Assembly: GCA_021802585.1 (NCBI GenBank)
Contig: JAJZRQ010000003.1
Coordinates: 2,048 to 66,047 of the forward strand
Source of the DNA: Chloroflexota bacterium
GTDB taxonomy: Bacteria; Chloroflexota; Limnocylindria; Limnocylindrales; CSP1-4
Reading direction: 5' to 3'
Length of the DNA: 64,000 bases
Under the pieces are notes generated by a model. The model was given only the letters and a program-made list of their open reading frames with translations, did not search any database and was not told the DNA's origin. Each line of letters opens with the position of its first letter. Position 1 is the first letter of the stretch. Made by a program: the position numbers and the translations under genes. Positions 63,666 through 64,000 of the stretch are shown here, one piece after another.

Positions 63666-64000
63666 CAGGCGGTCACGGTGAGGGTCCCGCGCATCGACGG
63701 GTTGTCACGCCCGCCGCAGCAGATCCCGCAGTACCACGTGTACGTGCCCGCCGCCGGCGCGGTCAGGGTGAAGACCCTGCTCTCTTCGGGGCCGACCTTC
63801 CAGTCGACGCCCAGCTCATCCACGGCGAATTCGTGCCACCCGCCCCCGTCGGCGTGGAACTGCGTGTCCATGTTCGCGAGCTCGATCCGGACTTCCTGGC
63901 CGGCCTTGACGGCGAGCGCCGCAGGCTCGAACCCTCCCATCGACGTGTGGACCTGGAGGGCCGTCGCGTCGGTCGCCCCGGGTGGCTGGAGCCGGCTGAC
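63665..64000 (-). CDS. Cupredoxin-fold protein with C-x2-CC-GG motif (paralog of 27685-28143); 5' end outside the window
   Basis: FEPAALAVKAGQEVRIELAN...AGTYTWYCGICCGGRDNPSMRGTLTVTA. The frame stays open to the window edge, and the upstream residues (..ATALQVHTSMGGF) align with the paralog, so the true start is beyond 64000. Confidence 0.7.
   Translation of the reverse strand, partial: VSRLQPPGATDATALQVHTSMGGFEPAALAVKAGQEVRIELANMDTQFHADGGGWHEFAVDELGVDWKVGPEESRVFTLTAPAAGTYTWYCGICCGGRDNPSMRGTLTVTA

Overview
The window is very GC-rich: third-codon positions are almost all G/C, though I did not compute an exact value. It is densely coding prokaryotic DNA, possibly Actinomycetota or Chloroflexota, but I could not establish the taxon. 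The GC content produces many long shadow ORFs rich in Arg, Pro, Gly and Ala. I called genes only where the translation has a natural composition, recognisable motifs, or start/stop coupling to a neighbour. I saw no rRNA, tRNA, CRISPR array, transposase or integrase. Layout: (i) 0-2 kb holds a TetR regulator with two palindromic operators and a GT87-like membrane protein. (ii) 2.3-8.3 kb holds a quinol-linked electron-transfer module: a 6-heme cytochrome c, a Tat-exported NrfC-like 4Fe-4S protein, an NrfD-like membrane protein and an 8-heme cytochrome c. No catalytic subunit is present. The module is bracketed by two paralogous LuxR-type regulators whose receiver domains lack the phospho-Asp and carry four conserved Cys. 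(iii) 8.3-14 kb holds transporters and housekeeping genes. (iv) 14.8-23.3 kb holds a MoxR AAA+ / DUF58 / DUF4129 triad extended by two translationally coupled unknown genes. One of these is built from four CxxC...CxxH modules, and a shorter paralog of it lies upstream. (v) From 23.4 kb to the window end runs a >40 kb metal (mainly copper) homeostasis supercluster. It contains ArsR plus two CDF genes, three OmpR/HK pairs, SHOCT proteins, unusual cupredoxin + CcdA-like pairs and CopZ. It also contains four free-standing YHS/TRASH genes plus one fused YHS domain, BlaI/M56, a two-domain multicopper oxidase, a MacB-like ABC exporter with a YHS-fused ATPase and a Met-rich repeat protein. Further members are an Lgt + Lit-like pair, a P1B ATPase with a CPD motif and an orphan cytochrome b. 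Embedded in this supercluster is the feature I rate most unusual. It is a stripped-down complex-I-like operon, YHS-NuoA-NuoB::NuoD fusion-H-J-K-L-M-N, with no NuoC/E/F/G/I. Its NuoB-like domain lacks the N2 Fe-S cysteines.
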